The notes under the pieces were generated by a model. It did no database searches. It saw only the letters and a list, made by a program, of their open reading frames with translations, and had not been told where the DNA came from. A program made the translations under genes and the position numbers. DNA of 64,000 nucleotides from Octopus sinensis (lineage: Eukaryota): positions 77,004,001 through 77,068,000 of the forward strand of contig NC_042998.1 of the NCBI RefSeq assembly GCF_006345805.1, in the 5' to 3' direction. Positions 26,087 to 40,007 of this stretch are shown here, in pieces; the stretch's first letter is position 1, and the number at the start of each line of letters is the position of its first letter.

Positions 26087-27338
26087 TATTTCATCAAATT
26101 TGCCCTGACGGCATTACAAAGAGTAGCTTGCGGGCTTGACAGAAACATTAATGAGATGAATAAGGAAAAAAAAAACAGTTGAAAAAAAAACAGGATATTG
26201 ATGGGAGAAGAGAAAAACGCCTGCCGAATTTTGCTTCTCTAATACATTGTTGTTTTTTAAAAAGCCAAAATGTTGCTCCCCTTGTTCCTTTTTCTCCCTT
26301 TTTTTACTGGGAGGTCACTCTCTTCCTCCATCTCTCCTCCGGAAGGAGGAGGGGTTCTTCCACAACTAACTGCTCCAGGACCCTGCTCTGGTCCTTGGGA
26401 CAGTTCTTCTGTCTAGGCACCAGGCACTGATGACACTTCGGGGAGGACGTCCCTCAAGGATCACTGGATACCTGTACCCGGCCATCCTCAAAAAGAAAAA
26501 AGAACACCAGATCATCGGCTCATTGGGTCTACAGGTTCAAAACTGCTTTTAACCCCACCCAATCACCCGCAGGCATCATTTTAACATTCAAGAGTTTGGC
26601 TCCGCTACCACCCAGACCTCAGCGGATAGTGTCCTCTATCCACTCGGGCTCTATTCCGGGTGGCAGCACACACCCCCAAATTCTTGTTAATTTCCTCCCA
26701 CGATATGGGGGCAGAAACAGAATTTTCTCCCCTTCCAGAGGCTGGCTCGCAAAAAACCTCTTACAAGATACTTTTTTTCATTTAATTTGCCACAAGGGCA
26801 GCACATAGATTTACAGCAATTCTCCTTGTCAGGTCCCCCAAGCAATGTGACTTGCCGCCTGCAGACAACTCTGCAACAACAAGTCGGGGCCTGCAAAGAG
26901 GAAAGCAAATTCTTTCTTGTCAAAGGTCGCTGTGACCTTTGACAAAATATTTCCGTTACTACCTCCGCATCCACCTGCGGAGGCTATATCAGACTACTTG
27001 GGCAGAGCCAGTACGCACGTTCTCGATCACCCAAGCCGTCCAAAAATTTTTTCGTCGTCCCTCCCTCTTGGTAAAGGAGGAGAAACACCTCCTCTTCACA
27101 GGAAGGGACCTCAAACTGCTCCGTCAGCGCCACACTTCCCACTGACGGAGCCCTATCCGCAGGTGGCACATATCCCACCTGCGGCTCCGTCGGCGGCCCA
27201 GGAACATCCGCTGACCGTCCTCTGCTCCTCTTTTTCCTCATTCTTTTTGAGGCTGCGGGAACAGGGGGCTGCGTCGACAGACGCGGGGAGTCGCTACCCT
27301 CCTCCGCCGTCTGGACATTCTTTGGTGAGCAACCATTG
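26087..27338 (-). mobile_element. SINE-targeted ORF1-only elements, chimeric locus C (C1 26790-27338 + C2 26087-26790)
   Basis: C1 is colinear with 51147-51730 (~90% identity by eye). C2 carries mid-ORF1 sequence (EWIEDTIR), YPVILEGRPPKCHQC and the family 3' UTR. Confidence 0.75.
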
Positions 27339-27344
27339 CAGTAT

Positions 27345-27950
27345 CAATGCCCCGATGCAGTACCATAAATGCCCTGATGCAGTACCAGGCAGTGGCTCTC
27401 ATGGCTTCTGATCTCAAATGATTGGAAGTGTTATCCATGTACTTTGTTTTGTCTTGGTCTAAAAGATGGGCTACAGCAAATATTCTGCTCAATACCACAG
27501 ATTTGCTTGTCAGTTGTTTGACCTTAACCAGTTGAGCATGTCCCTTAGTGGCTGACAAAATGCGCATCTGTGATCATGAGCAGAAGTACTGGGGAGCATC
27601 ATAGCCATGCGTTGAGAGGGATTCTTTCGGGTTTGAATAATTCACCTCTGGAAACATGGGTGTTTCGTTCAACATCCTTAAATAACCCTTATTCAGAGAC
27701 CTGTTGAGCGGGGTAGGTTAGTCGACCAGAAGAAAATTCTAACTGGGCCCCACCTGCAAGGTCATGTGCTGTTTATGTTGATATGAGATGACCATGTCGC
27801 GCGCATATGGTCGTGATGTATGTGCCTGGTGTACCCTTATCAGACGAGTAGTCATGATAGGGATGCTGGGCTTCGTATATTTTACCCCAGTGTCACTTTG
27901 ATGGCATTTACTGCTCTCTCATTCAATGATAATAATAATAATAATAATAA
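27345..27950 (+). mobile_element. Interspersed retroposon-like repeat with (AAT)n tail
   Basis: Ends CTGCTCTCTCATTCAATGATAATAATAATAA. A diverged inverted copy lies at ~32400-32560. Confidence 0.6.
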
Positions 27951-28442
27951 AATCATTGACATATACGTTATACGTTATATATATATATATATATATATAT
28001 AAACATGCACACGCAAACACTCAAATTCATGCATAGACACACATATATACTTGCAAATACATCTATGCATGAATACAAATACAGGAAAAGGGTGTCTTAA
28101 GTCTATGTAGGAACTCGAGATGCAGCGGTAAATCGAGTCCGGCGCTGTAGCTATTCTGCTTTTTCGAGATATTTGTGTCTAACCTGTTAATATCATAACC
28201 CCACCATTCATAATACTATTAAGAAAGGCATGGCTATCATACCATCACATTCTCCTTCTTACAATATACGTGAAGCCATTTATTAGGGCAAGGAACAAAT
28301 GATGAAATGCAGGATACTTCTCATTGATTAAGGAAGACACACAAATGAAACTACAGAAATCGGATCGTAAGTATAATCACCTTTACATTCATGTTTTCTT
28401 CTCATTCAGCTTAGTTGCATTCTCGAATATTATATGTATAGA

Positions 28443-28500
<58 letters not shown>

Positions 28501-29014
28501 CATATTTACATATATGTATATTTGAATGTATATATACGCACAGATATGTACATTTATATGCACACATAGATAACCCAAAATATATATATATTCATACTTA
28601 TACATATACATATCTATATATATATGAATATTCATATGTATATATATCTACATGAATATATATATATATATATACGTAACCATAATTACATATAACCATA
28701 ATGTATGTGTATATGCATACTAGTGAATATAATAAAGAAATAAATGATTTAGTTCTCTTCTCCATTTCATATTAATAGTAACAGAAAGGAAACGGAAGTA
28801 CGTATTGATAGAAATGAAGGCTGACCGCATATCGAGTGAATACGATACGGTTGCATGTCTCACTGTTGCAACAATTTAAGGAAACAGTTGCGTTGCGAAG
28901 TCTTAAGAGTTACGAAAAATTGTTCCAATCCCTATAACACTTGACAGGAAACGTGTCGACATTGTAGAGTAAAAGAAAGGAAATGGTGAGGTGATATTGA
29001 AAAGAAGGGAGTTG

Positions 29015-29089
<75 letters not shown>

Positions 29090-29310
29090 TCACACACTCA
29101 TAAACACAGGTAGAAACCTTATACAGACGTGTATGTATATGCACACATCTCTAAATATAAATATGCATACCTGCATCACATACTAACACACTATATATAT
29201 ATATATATATCATATATATGTATATATATGTATATATATGTATATATATGTTTATATATATATATATATATATATGCGTATGTATGTGTGTAGATGTACA
29301 TCAGTATATA

Positions 29311-29392
<82 letters not shown>

Positions 29393-30532
29393 CATACATA
29401 TATTGTAAACTACAAACACTGATGTATGTGTGTATCTGTGCGTGTTCGCGCGCATGTGTATGTGTATGATGCCATTTTCATATTTTAAAAACCATGAAAA
29501 TATATGATATCGAGTATTCGATACAATAGTTTGACATTGTCGTATGTCAGAAATTATTGGGAACGATACAATCGGCAACAATTTGGTAGATTCAATAGAG
29601 ATTCAGACAGTGTTATTCGGTCTACTTTTTAAAAATATTTGTTGCTTCTTCCTTTGCCTTCTAAGTTCAAATCTTTATGATTTCCACGTTCTTTTTCGTT
29701 CATTCGTGATCGGCAGAATAAAGCACTAGTTAAGTTTTGCGCTTGATTTTATCCAGTAAAACTCTCCCTCTCGTTTATTTGGACTACGTAAAGAAAAAAT
29801 CATTATTATTATTATCTAACGGTAGTAAGGTGGCAAGCCGATTGGTAGAACTGTGAAACAGTCGGAGCGAAGCACGACTGTGAGGTGGTAATGTATGACG
29901 AAGTCGATGTAAGCGCTCGCTCAGTTCAGCTCTTTCACTTTTGCGGATAAGGTTTCAACATGTGCTGAGTGGCGGACTGGGCATGCAGTGGCTGATTGGG
30001 CATGCAGTGGCAGACGGGCATTACAATGCACTGAAGGTGTGACATCGTTAGCGCTTCCTTGACGGCAACAATGTGTGGTTGACGTTAAACATCTCGCACA
30101 TCTGACATGTCTATAGTGTTGGCTTAAGCGTAGACCATGGCAGGTTGCTTGGTATCTAGGGTGTCATCACACCTCCCAGGCAGTCGAGTAACGCAATTGG
30201 TGGAAATTCTACTTTGGCGTTCTATGAATGGTAACTTGAGAGCAAGGACATTCTCAGGGTGACCCTTAGCGTCGGCGAGAATCAACAAGGTGGCCAGTTC
30301 CGGAGGGATTTCATGTCGGGTCCATGGATAAGGAAAATCTCTGACCTGGCTGTTTTACGTGGGTGGTGGGCATTGTCGATTCAAGATAACTGAGTTACAC
30401 CGAACACCTGCTATTGCATGTAGAATAGATCCTGCAATTCGCTCTACATTGTGAAGATAGTTCAGCCGGTTTTCTTTGACTGGGAAGAACAGCTGTTATC
30501 TAACAGGTTATCTTTCACTATCTGTTTAAAAA

Positions 30533-30757
30533 GGCGGCGAGCTGGCAGCATCGTTAGCACGTCGGGCGAAATGCGTAGCCGTATTTCGTCTGCCGTTACG
30601 TGTTCTGGGTTCAAATTCCGCCGAGGTCGACTTTGCCTTTCATCCTTTCGGGGTCGATAAAATAAGTACCAGTTACGTTCTGGGGTCGATGTAATCGACT
30701 TAATCCCTTTGTTTGTCCCCTCTATGTTTAGCCCCTTGTGGGTAGTAAAGAAATATA
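30533..30757 (+). mobile_element. tRNA-derived SINE family B (Nin-domain-like core)
   Basis: GGCGGCGAGCTGGCAG...GGGTTCAAATTCCGCCGAGGTCGACTTTGCCTTTCATCCTTTCGGGGTCGATAAAATAAGTACCAG. Further copies at ~23050-23190, 31113-31520 (+) and 33570-33995 (-). Confidence 0.8.
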
Positions 30758-33700
30758 TCTGTTAGCCGTAGAAAAACAGGTTGTGCCCTAAAGCAGATTC
30801 AAGAGCTAAAGACTGACTCCTTCTTCTTTGGTCAAGCCCTCATCGACTTTTTCAAGTTCCCTTTGAAATGGAAAGTGAGCTTGAAATGTGAAATGCTGTC
30901 TTTCAACAAATTTGTTGAAAAAGTGGATGAGAGTGGTAAAGATAGTTCGCGTAAACAGACCCGTTCCGAGCATGAACCAGTAGATTGGGGGAGGAGAATG
31001 GGAAAAGGGAACTTGCTGTAGTGGTCAGGATGAGCTTGGATTTGTGGAATTTCCATGGGCAGATTTTGTGCCTATTGTAGGTAAGATTATTATTAGTAAC
31101 ATTATTGAGGCAGTGAGCTGACGGAATCGTCAGCGCGTCACTCAAAATCCTTATTTGCAACCGCTCTTTAAGTCCAGAGTTCAAATCCCGCTGAAGTGAA
31201 CTTAGCTCTTCATTCTCCCGGAGTCAATAAAATGAAGCAGCTGTCGCGTACGGGGTCGATGTTGTCGACATGCGCATGCCCACACCAAAGTGTTAACCTC
31301 TGCCAAAATTTGAAACCATGGGAAGGTGGTGAGCTGAAAGAATCGTTAGCACGTCGAGCAAAATTTACGGTCTGAGTTCAAATTCCGCTGAACTGGACTT
31401 TGCTTTTCCTCCTCTCGGGATCGATAAAATAAGTTCTAGTCGAGTTCTGGTGGGAGTATCGATGTAATCGACTAATCTCCTCGTACTAAAATTACTGGAA
31501 TTGAGACAAAATTTGGAACTATTATTATTAAGATGGTGGCAGAATTGTTGTAGCATCATACATAGTACGTTGCAGTGTTAGTTACAGCTCATCACGTTCA
31601 CATTTAAAACTCCGCCTGTATCGATTGTTGGACTAATGTACCAGTCATAGGCAGCAAATGATCAAAGAAAAATGACATTTTATTACGTAATCCCGTTACA
31701 ATAGTGCATTACACAAGGTGCAAAAGATTTAACGAATTATTATTATTAGTCAATAGAAGGCCAACACCAAATATGCATAATGAATAGATGCAAGCTATCT
31801 GCAATATCAAGAATCACTTCAGTTGATAACACAACACAGCTATGTTACATTAATACAAAACTCCAATGTTGTTGAGATTGCCGGTGCAAAAGTAATGGTA
31901 ACAATACTGTGGGAAACATAAAAAGCTCAAAAATTAAAATTGCAATCCATATTTTAAACACCATCATACAAAATGCTTCACTATTGTAGCTCGTTTCTAA
32001 ACATTACTTCCTGGTTTGTACAATTGCCGAACCAGCATGGTACAAACTCTACAATTCTTCTCTGACTATCTAGTTTATCCGCATCACAAGTTGCACTTAC
32101 ATCGTTGAATATGAGAAAAAAAGAAATAAATATAAAACAACCCCAATGAAAACATTCCTATCAGGACACAGAATTAAGGAGCACTGTGATAGAAATAGTC
32201 AATAAACATATTCTAAAATGAATTAAAAAATAATGCAACTCCAATTACATAATTGTAATAACCGAAATAATAATACTGCGTAACATGCTTATTATCCTTG
32301 CGTAGCAACTATCATTTCCTCTTTGCTTACCCTAGAAAGTATGAAAAACGTCTAATATTTCCTACAAACTTTGCTTTTGATACAATTATTCAACTCCCCA
32401 AAAAGCCCTATCAACAAATGACTACGATATCCCACCCCCTACTCCTGCTCATGATCACAGGTGCATATGTTGTCAGTCACTAAGAAACATGCTTAAGTGG
32501 TTAATATCAAGTAACTGAGAAGCCAATCTGTTTTATTAAGCAGAATATTTGCTATAACGATATTTCTGCTTCAGCAACTCAACGTTGAATCTGTCTGGAA
32601 TATAATAGAAAATAGGTCAGTTTCAAAACATTGATGCCCACGTCAAAAAAGGAAAGTTTGAAGGGAATAGTAGCCATTTGTTTTGATTTCTAGACGGAAG
32701 GAAATAGGAAATAACACTTACTGACCAAAGGCAAGAATAAAAATGTTACACAGTGTAATGGGGAAGCAACCAATGAGAGTTCTTCTCCATTGTCGTCGCC
32801 ATCTTAGTAAAGAAGAGCACATGAGATAATGCAATCTTTGTTGCATCATACCTAGGTCAATGGGATCAATGATAGCAGGTCAATGGATCGGTGATATCAA
32901 CAGAGCCAAACACATCAGAAACTCAATAAAAAATATATTACACAATAGAAATAAAACTCTCCATTCAACCCCTAAACAAGGAATTAATATGACACCAGGA
33001 AGTAAAAGTAAAATGTTAGAAAGTTGTCCAGTCACTATATTCTATATGAACACCAAATTAGCAGCAATACACTATATAAAATGTATACTGCACTGTCAGT
33101 AACGGTCATGACAATTATCACATTACTCATTCTCGCTATTCGATTACATGACATATCTCTTCAAAATCAATCTCAAAATCAATCTCAAATCATACATAAT
33201 ACACGCTTGCGCGATCAAACACACAATAACAGAAACTCAATATTCCAGTTAGCCATTTTCCAACATGTTCTGATCTCTGTCTCTACCAAATAGTATTGAC
33301 TGAAAATCAAAGGATTACTCAAGGGCACCATGGCCTTATAATTCTTAGAGCTACTGCGAAAATGCTTCGGGATCTAAGCAATTATAACAAACCTGCAATA
33401 TTTTTACTTACTCATACTAACAAAAGAAGTAGCAAATCTCTAGGTACGGCTATGATCTTCAGTAAAGATAATGATGTAGTGGTCAAGGCTGAAATACTTT
33501 AGATTTGTTTAATCAGAGCTATTCTTGAGATGAACAAGAAAGATAAGTACGAAAATAACTACTCATATTGGTTTTAATTTTTTGCACAAAGCCTGCAGTT
33601 TCTGGGGAGGTGGTAAGTCGACACCTGTGCTGAATTAGTACTTCTTTTATCGACCCCTAAAGAATGAAGGGCAAAGTCAACCTCGGTGGGAATTAAACTT

Positions 33701-36120
33701 AGCAAGTTAAGCCGGGCGAAATACTGCTAAGCATTTTTCCTGGTATGCTAACGATTTTGCCAGCTCGCCGCCTTAACAACCGCTCTATGGCTAATAATAG
33801 AAGGGACAAACAAGAAAAATGGATTTAAGTCGATTACATCGACCCTAGTACGTAACTGGTACTATTTAATTGACCTCGAAAAGATGAAAGGTATAGTCGA
33901 CCTTGGAAGAATTTCAACTCAGAACGTAACGGCAGACCAAATATCTCTTGGTAGTTCGCCCGGCGTGCTAACGATTCTGCCAGCTTGCCGCTCTATAATT
34001 ACTCATATTAATATCACTAAATACAATGGATTGAAAACCGGGGCACATTATAACGATTCTAAAAATCTAACAAGACTCAACTGAAGCAGTGTCGCACATG
34101 CCCAACGTTTCATTATACGCTCAAAAAGCACAGAATTAATTTTTTCTGCAACTTCGTATATCAATTTGTCCTTTTTCCAACTCGTGACATTCATACTATG
34201 TATGTCACCTAGTGACCATGTCTACTATTTTAATAAATGCACTAAAATTAGAAAAAATATACAAAAACAAAAGAAAATATAGATAGAAATAAAACTTTTA
34301 AATCTACCATTGCCATTCTTCTGAGCAACATGAAATATGAAACTAGCTATGCACAACAATTAACAGCATCAAGTATACTACAGAGGCACAAAGTCATTAA
34401 GATTGAACTAATGAACTCCTTGTGAAAGAGAGTGGCATAATGATATGGGTCAAAGCGTCATTGGTTCAATTCCTGGCCCAAGCGGTGTGTTGTGTGCGTA
34501 AGCAAAGCATTTAACTTCTTGTCGATGCAGTTTACTGTGCTGTAATGAGTACCGGCCTTTGCTGGTTGAGCCCTCTCTAATTCCAGTTGTCACAACCCGA
34601 ATGTGACGACTGGGTGAAGGTTAAAGGGTACAGGACCGATTATTTAACTTCTGACGACTACATGGGCGCATTAATATAATTAGTGAATACATGGTACATG
34701 TTACTTGCTCATGAGACGCGTTTGACCGTACAACACAACCAGCTGTCACAGAGAGTTCACAAGACATAGAAGGCACGAAAAAAAAGTGAAAAGGGTTCAA
34801 TGTGTATGCTTATTATACTGGCAAGCCCTATGTTAGATTAATTTAAACAATATTAATGTAAAATATATAGATCTAAATGCCTTGATTCACTATGTATCAA
34901 AACATATCATATTAATCTACTAAGTTCTCTGAACTGGGCATCCCGCACTATTTTATCATTGAACTAAGGAGACTTAATTTAAATTTAGCCCAATGATAAC
35001 ATTGCAAATACGGCACCTACGACCAATGTCTGTACATCTTGAAATTTGAGTGAATAAAAACACTCTCAATTCATTGAAATAAATATTTTGTCCAATGAAT
35101 GCAATTTAAATGTAAGTATTCCAGGGTAGAGGAATTGTAATGATAGAAGTCACAGTGATTCTTTCAAATTTGTGAACTATTCAATCTACTTATATTTATT
35201 AATCTTTAAAAAAAACCTTCAGAGATATACATATTCTTTTCTTTCTATTTAGTTCGGGACCATATTTTTGGACGAGCAATTAAAATCGATAGAACCAATG
35301 ACAGAGTATCCTTTCTGTGATTTCGTTTGCAAAGATATATAAGCTTCCATGCCGCTAGGAAGACGTAAATCCTTTATTTTCCGAAAAACTATTCTATCCC
35401 AAACGGTAGAATTCACATTTCCCGGTGCCGTCCTAATATATTGATATGTGTAAATGTATTTCCTGACTTTTACCGACACAGACCACTACAAAGAATTTTC
35501 GTTTTAGCTAAGTTTAGAGTATTTTTATATTTACTTATTTTATTGACAACAAACAGATGAAAGACATTGTCGACTGAAGTAGTATTTGAGCTTGAGGAGA
35601 GAGAACATTTACACTAGTTCTTTAGCGTATTTTGCCACTCCAATGCCTTGAAGTGAAATGAAACTGTTCAAACAAATAAATATTAACATATCAAAAGCAA
35701 AATCTCTCAGAACATTCCATCATTTTTACTCAGAATGCTCTGATAAGTTATAATGTGATAAAAAAAATCTGATTATTTTCAAGAGAAAACCTAATGTATT
35801 TTTTATTCTCTAGTTAATGCATTCTGCCAGTGGAATCGTTCTAACTATTCCATATTTACTTGTTTAGAGACAATTTTAAGATTAAAAAAATGTTAAACAG
35901 AACGTAGTCAAAAAAACTCTGTCATCTCTAAATTTACACCAGGTTCTTCAGAGTTCTGTTAAGCTTGCTACATAATATGATGAGGAAGAATCTAGGCAGA
36001 CAAAAGCAAGTGATACCTTAAATTTTCATATTCTTCTTCACGCTATGAAATGTTCCCGTTATTGTATTGCAGGTTTTAATAAATATTCCCACTAACAATT
36101 ATTTGTCACTCAGTATTGTT

Positions 36121-36532
36121 GGATCTTTTCGGTTTGAACGGCAGTTTTTTCTAGCGGTGTCATATGAAATTGTCACCCATAATTATGACCCTAGTATCGA
36201 TCTATTGCATTTCAATCTGTTTTAGGGTTAGGGGTGGGGGGAAGGGTATCTTTTTTCTTCACAAATGTAAATAAACCCAATCTGTTTCGTAAATGAGGGA
36301 CATATTCATACGGCACAGAATGTTTTTTTACCTCAATAGACGTCAGTGATTGGTTGAAATTTCAGAAATTGAAGAAAAAAAACCAACAAATATCTTTAAA
36401 ACTATAGAATCTTCTCTATAAAGCCAAGAGAAAAAGATGTTTTATAAACACATTCTACCAGTATACGAAGTTTAAAATTTTTTAGTTACGTAGAAATTAT
36501 GTTAAAAACTGCCGTTCAAACCGAAAAGATCC
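36121..36532. mobile_element. MITE with 29-bp terminal inverted repeats and 8-bp TSD
   Basis: TIR GGATCTTTTCGGTTTGAACGGCAGTTTTT at both ends; GTATTGTT duplicated at 36113-36120 and 36533-36540. Confidence 0.9.
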
Positions 36533-39037
36533 GTATTGTTTTCTTACATAGGCATGACGCCAAAAAAATGTGGGAAGCGTCTGAATTCTAATTTATTTTA
36601 TCTAACTCGGATGGATAAATCTGTTGGGATGAGAAATCTTCAGGTAAAGAGCTCTAACGAAGTACCATAAAAATCTTTGTCCAATTCTGCTAAACCACGG
36701 TCATTGCCATACAACTTACATACAAATACATACTCATCTTCATAGTATATTCGTTCTTGTAAACTCCAGCTGTAGGCAATATCTTTCAAAATCAGGAGAA
36801 TTTAGCCGATAAAGATGTAAATTAGTGAAGTACAAGTTCAAATATAATTTCTGAAATAGGGAGGAGATAAAATTAGTGGGGAAAGTAAAAATTTGATTCA
36901 TTACGATAAGACTTCGACATTAAATGAATGCGAAGACGACGCTGGCAAAATTTGACGTTAAAATGAAGACGGTCAAAACAACTTAAATACATTGTATTTT
37001 ACAACCAGAATCTAATTTACACTCCCGTACACTCAATTTTTCTCGCTTTATTTCCACAATTATTTCAACTGTGCCAGAAATCATTACGCACATAATTATT
37101 AAATGTTTCAAATTTTATTTGCTTACTTTTTAATAATACAGACGATCATTCGTTTTCTCGGACTCTATGCTTACCTCTAGTACTGTAATATTTTAGATGA
37201 ACATTTCTCTGTTTCTATGACATTATACTTATTATAAGATCACTTAGAAAACGCAAAAAAAAAAAAAAAAAAAAGAAACCGTTAGCTGTAAAAGAATTTC
37301 GATAATAGCCTTTCGAAATGATTTTGCACTTTCAAAATTCTTAGAAACTGCCCCAAGTGTTTGTTGCTAAGAACGGAATCTAAAAGTTAGCAGCCAGAGC
37401 AAAAAGATAAGTTACCAGATATGATTGGAGAGAATTTGAACTAATGGATATTCAGAAAAAGGCGTCTGGTTCTTAATCTACGTTGTTGGTGTATTTAAGC
37501 CTGAAATCAATTAGGGGTAACAAAATCATCTCCGACTTCCCATAATTCAAATTCTGTTATTTAATTTAAAAGAAACCAATTTCCTCCATCTTATTAGAAG
37601 AGACTCGTATATCACGATTCGAATCTTACTAACGTACTTCTAGCGTCATTACTGAAATCAAAAACACTTTTTATATCTCAGTAGGGGTAGAAAAGTCGCA
37701 CTTCTGTACATATATTTTTTTCTTTTTATATATTAAGGGAGTCAGTGTTATATTTAAAATATTTTTCAGCCGTACTCGTGATATAACATTCGAATCTGTT
37801 AGTTCACTTATTTTCACACACATAGCTTATTATAATATACTTTGTGTCTACTCGATTTAGTTCTCGGTTAGAAAATACAATGGATTTGAAAACATGCACG
37901 AATACTCACGTAAGCAAAAAAAAAGGAATAATAATAAATAAAAAATCACGCATCTAGGTGCATACGCATGTACATGCACGCATCAACTTCAATCAAAATA
38001 TGATCCACGCAGCAGTCTCAATTAACAAAATACCCATTTTAAACGTATTTCACCGGTTGCAAACTTGATAGCCGAGCATAAAGTATATACAATATTCTAC
38101 TTAATATCGTATTAAGTTTTGTGAAACTTTGGAAGTTGACGTAATGCTATGACTAAACTTGTAGCTCTCATGCAGTAAAACCAGATTGGATTGTCACACA
38201 CACACACACAGTGAGTTTAGGAATTAATGCATGTGTGTTATGTGTATGCGTATGATTCTATACAGCAGCGTATATAATTCTATCCGGCAAGCTATCTTTC
38301 TGTCTGTCTGCACATTTGTCTAGCCCTCTAACCTAATTAACTTCCTCTCTTGAAGCGGATTAATTAACAATATCTTCATTACCTAATATGCTCATTATTA
38401 GGTAATGAGCATATTCGATGACTTATTAATTTATGTTTATTATGATTGTATTATTGCTTTTGGCTACATATTCCTAATTTGTTTGTAAACCATCAAATAA
38501 ATGATTTCTCTTACTGATTATGGTGAATGTAACAACTGCCTTGCGATATTGGAAAGCTATACTCAATGCGGAAATCCTTCTGCTAATTCACAGAAATCTA
38601 ATTATCTCGACGCATACTATAAAAATTCGAAAGCGTCTGTTCCATGTTTTTATTGATAGAAGTTGCGGACCGTGTTCAATAAGCACACAGCTTAAATTGA
38701 AACAGTAAATAAAATAATACAAAATATTAGAGACTAATGTAAGCCCAACATATTAGCAAGTTTAATGTAATAAAAGGTTCCACACGTAAATCGTATCTAA
38801 TGCACTCCATATTTCATAGGTACAAAGAGATAAAACAACATTCATAAATGACGAAAGATTAATAATCAGTTAATTTATTGCAAACGCCTTAATGACTGCT
38901 AACATCATCATGTCTAATATGTATATTGAAGAATAGTTATTCAAATATTATATAAATATAACTTGTTGCTAAGAATCAAATACAAGAACACACACAGGAA
39001 ACTAGATTTTACAGGTTTAGTTAATGATAGTATATTA

Positions 39038-39700
39038 AAGGGGCGAGCTGGCAGAAATGTTAGCACACCTGGCGAAATGTTTAGCGGTATTTCGCCTGCC
39101 GCTACGTTCTGAGTTCAAATTCCGCCGAGGTCGACTTTGTCTTTCATCCTTTCGGGGTCGATAAATTAAGCACCAGTTATGCACTTGAGTCGATGTAATC
39201 GACTTAATCCCTTTGTCTGTCCTTGTTTGTCCCCTCTGTGTGTAGTCCCTTGTGGGCAGTAAAGAAATAAGAAACGTTAGCACGCCGGGCGAAATACTTA
39301 GCAGTATTTTGTCTGTCTTTACGTTCTGAGTTCAAATTCCGCCGATGTCGACTTTGCCTTTCATCCATTCGGGGTCGATAAATTAAGCACCAGTTATGCA
39401 CTTGGGTCAATGTAATCGACTTAATCCCTGTGTCTGTCTTTATTTGTCTCCTCTGTGTGTAGCTCCTTGTGAGCAGTAAAGAAATAAGAAACGTTAGCAC
39501 GCCGGGCGAAATGCGTGGCCCAATTTCGTCTGCCGTTACGTTCTGAGTTCAAATTCCGCCGAGGTCGACTTTGCCTTTCATCCTTTCGGGATCGATAAAT
39601 TAAATACCAGTTGCGTACAGGGGTCGATCTAATCGACTGGTTCCCCCACCCTAAAAAAAAAAAATTCGGCCTTGTGCCTAGAGTAGAAAAGAATGATAGT
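39038..39700 (+). mobile_element. Head-to-tail trimer of SINE family B
   Basis: Three ~217-bp units; units 2 and 3 start at AAACGTTAGCACGCCGGGCG and lack the first ~15 nt of the head. Confidence 0.85.
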
Positions 39701-40007
39701 ATATTAAATGTAGTTAAAAAGTGTATAACGAAAGCAAGCATGATTGTATATCAAATTGTGAAATAGACTCTTTAATAATGAAACAAACATGATTTAACTA
39801 GTTGCATGGATTCCTGAATTAGCAGTAGCTAGTATATGAAATCTAGTTAAAGTGTTCATTCTGTGACCACCATTTTCGGGGACTGTCATACCACAACAAT
39901 GTGAGTAAGATTTGATATTATTACGGCTGTAAATCTTACAGGCCTAGTTGTGTCTCATAGCTCTTTCGAGAAATTTAAAGCGGAGAAAAAGTATTAATTT
40001 TTGTTAA

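Noticed and set aside
29850-30410. GC-richer stretch that could be an old LINE relic
   Set aside because: No diagnostic RT or endonuclease motif could be read in any frame.
32860-33502. Cluster of short + strand ORFs (80, 89, 68 aa)
   Set aside because: No recognisable motif or splice pattern, and all frames on both strands are interrupted by stops.
39038-39700. CRISPR-like periodic repeats (also 56592-56955 and the target 15-mer recurrences)
   Set aside because: The units are whole SINEs or degenerate tandem repeats without unique equal-length spacers. There are no cas genes and the context is eukaryotic.
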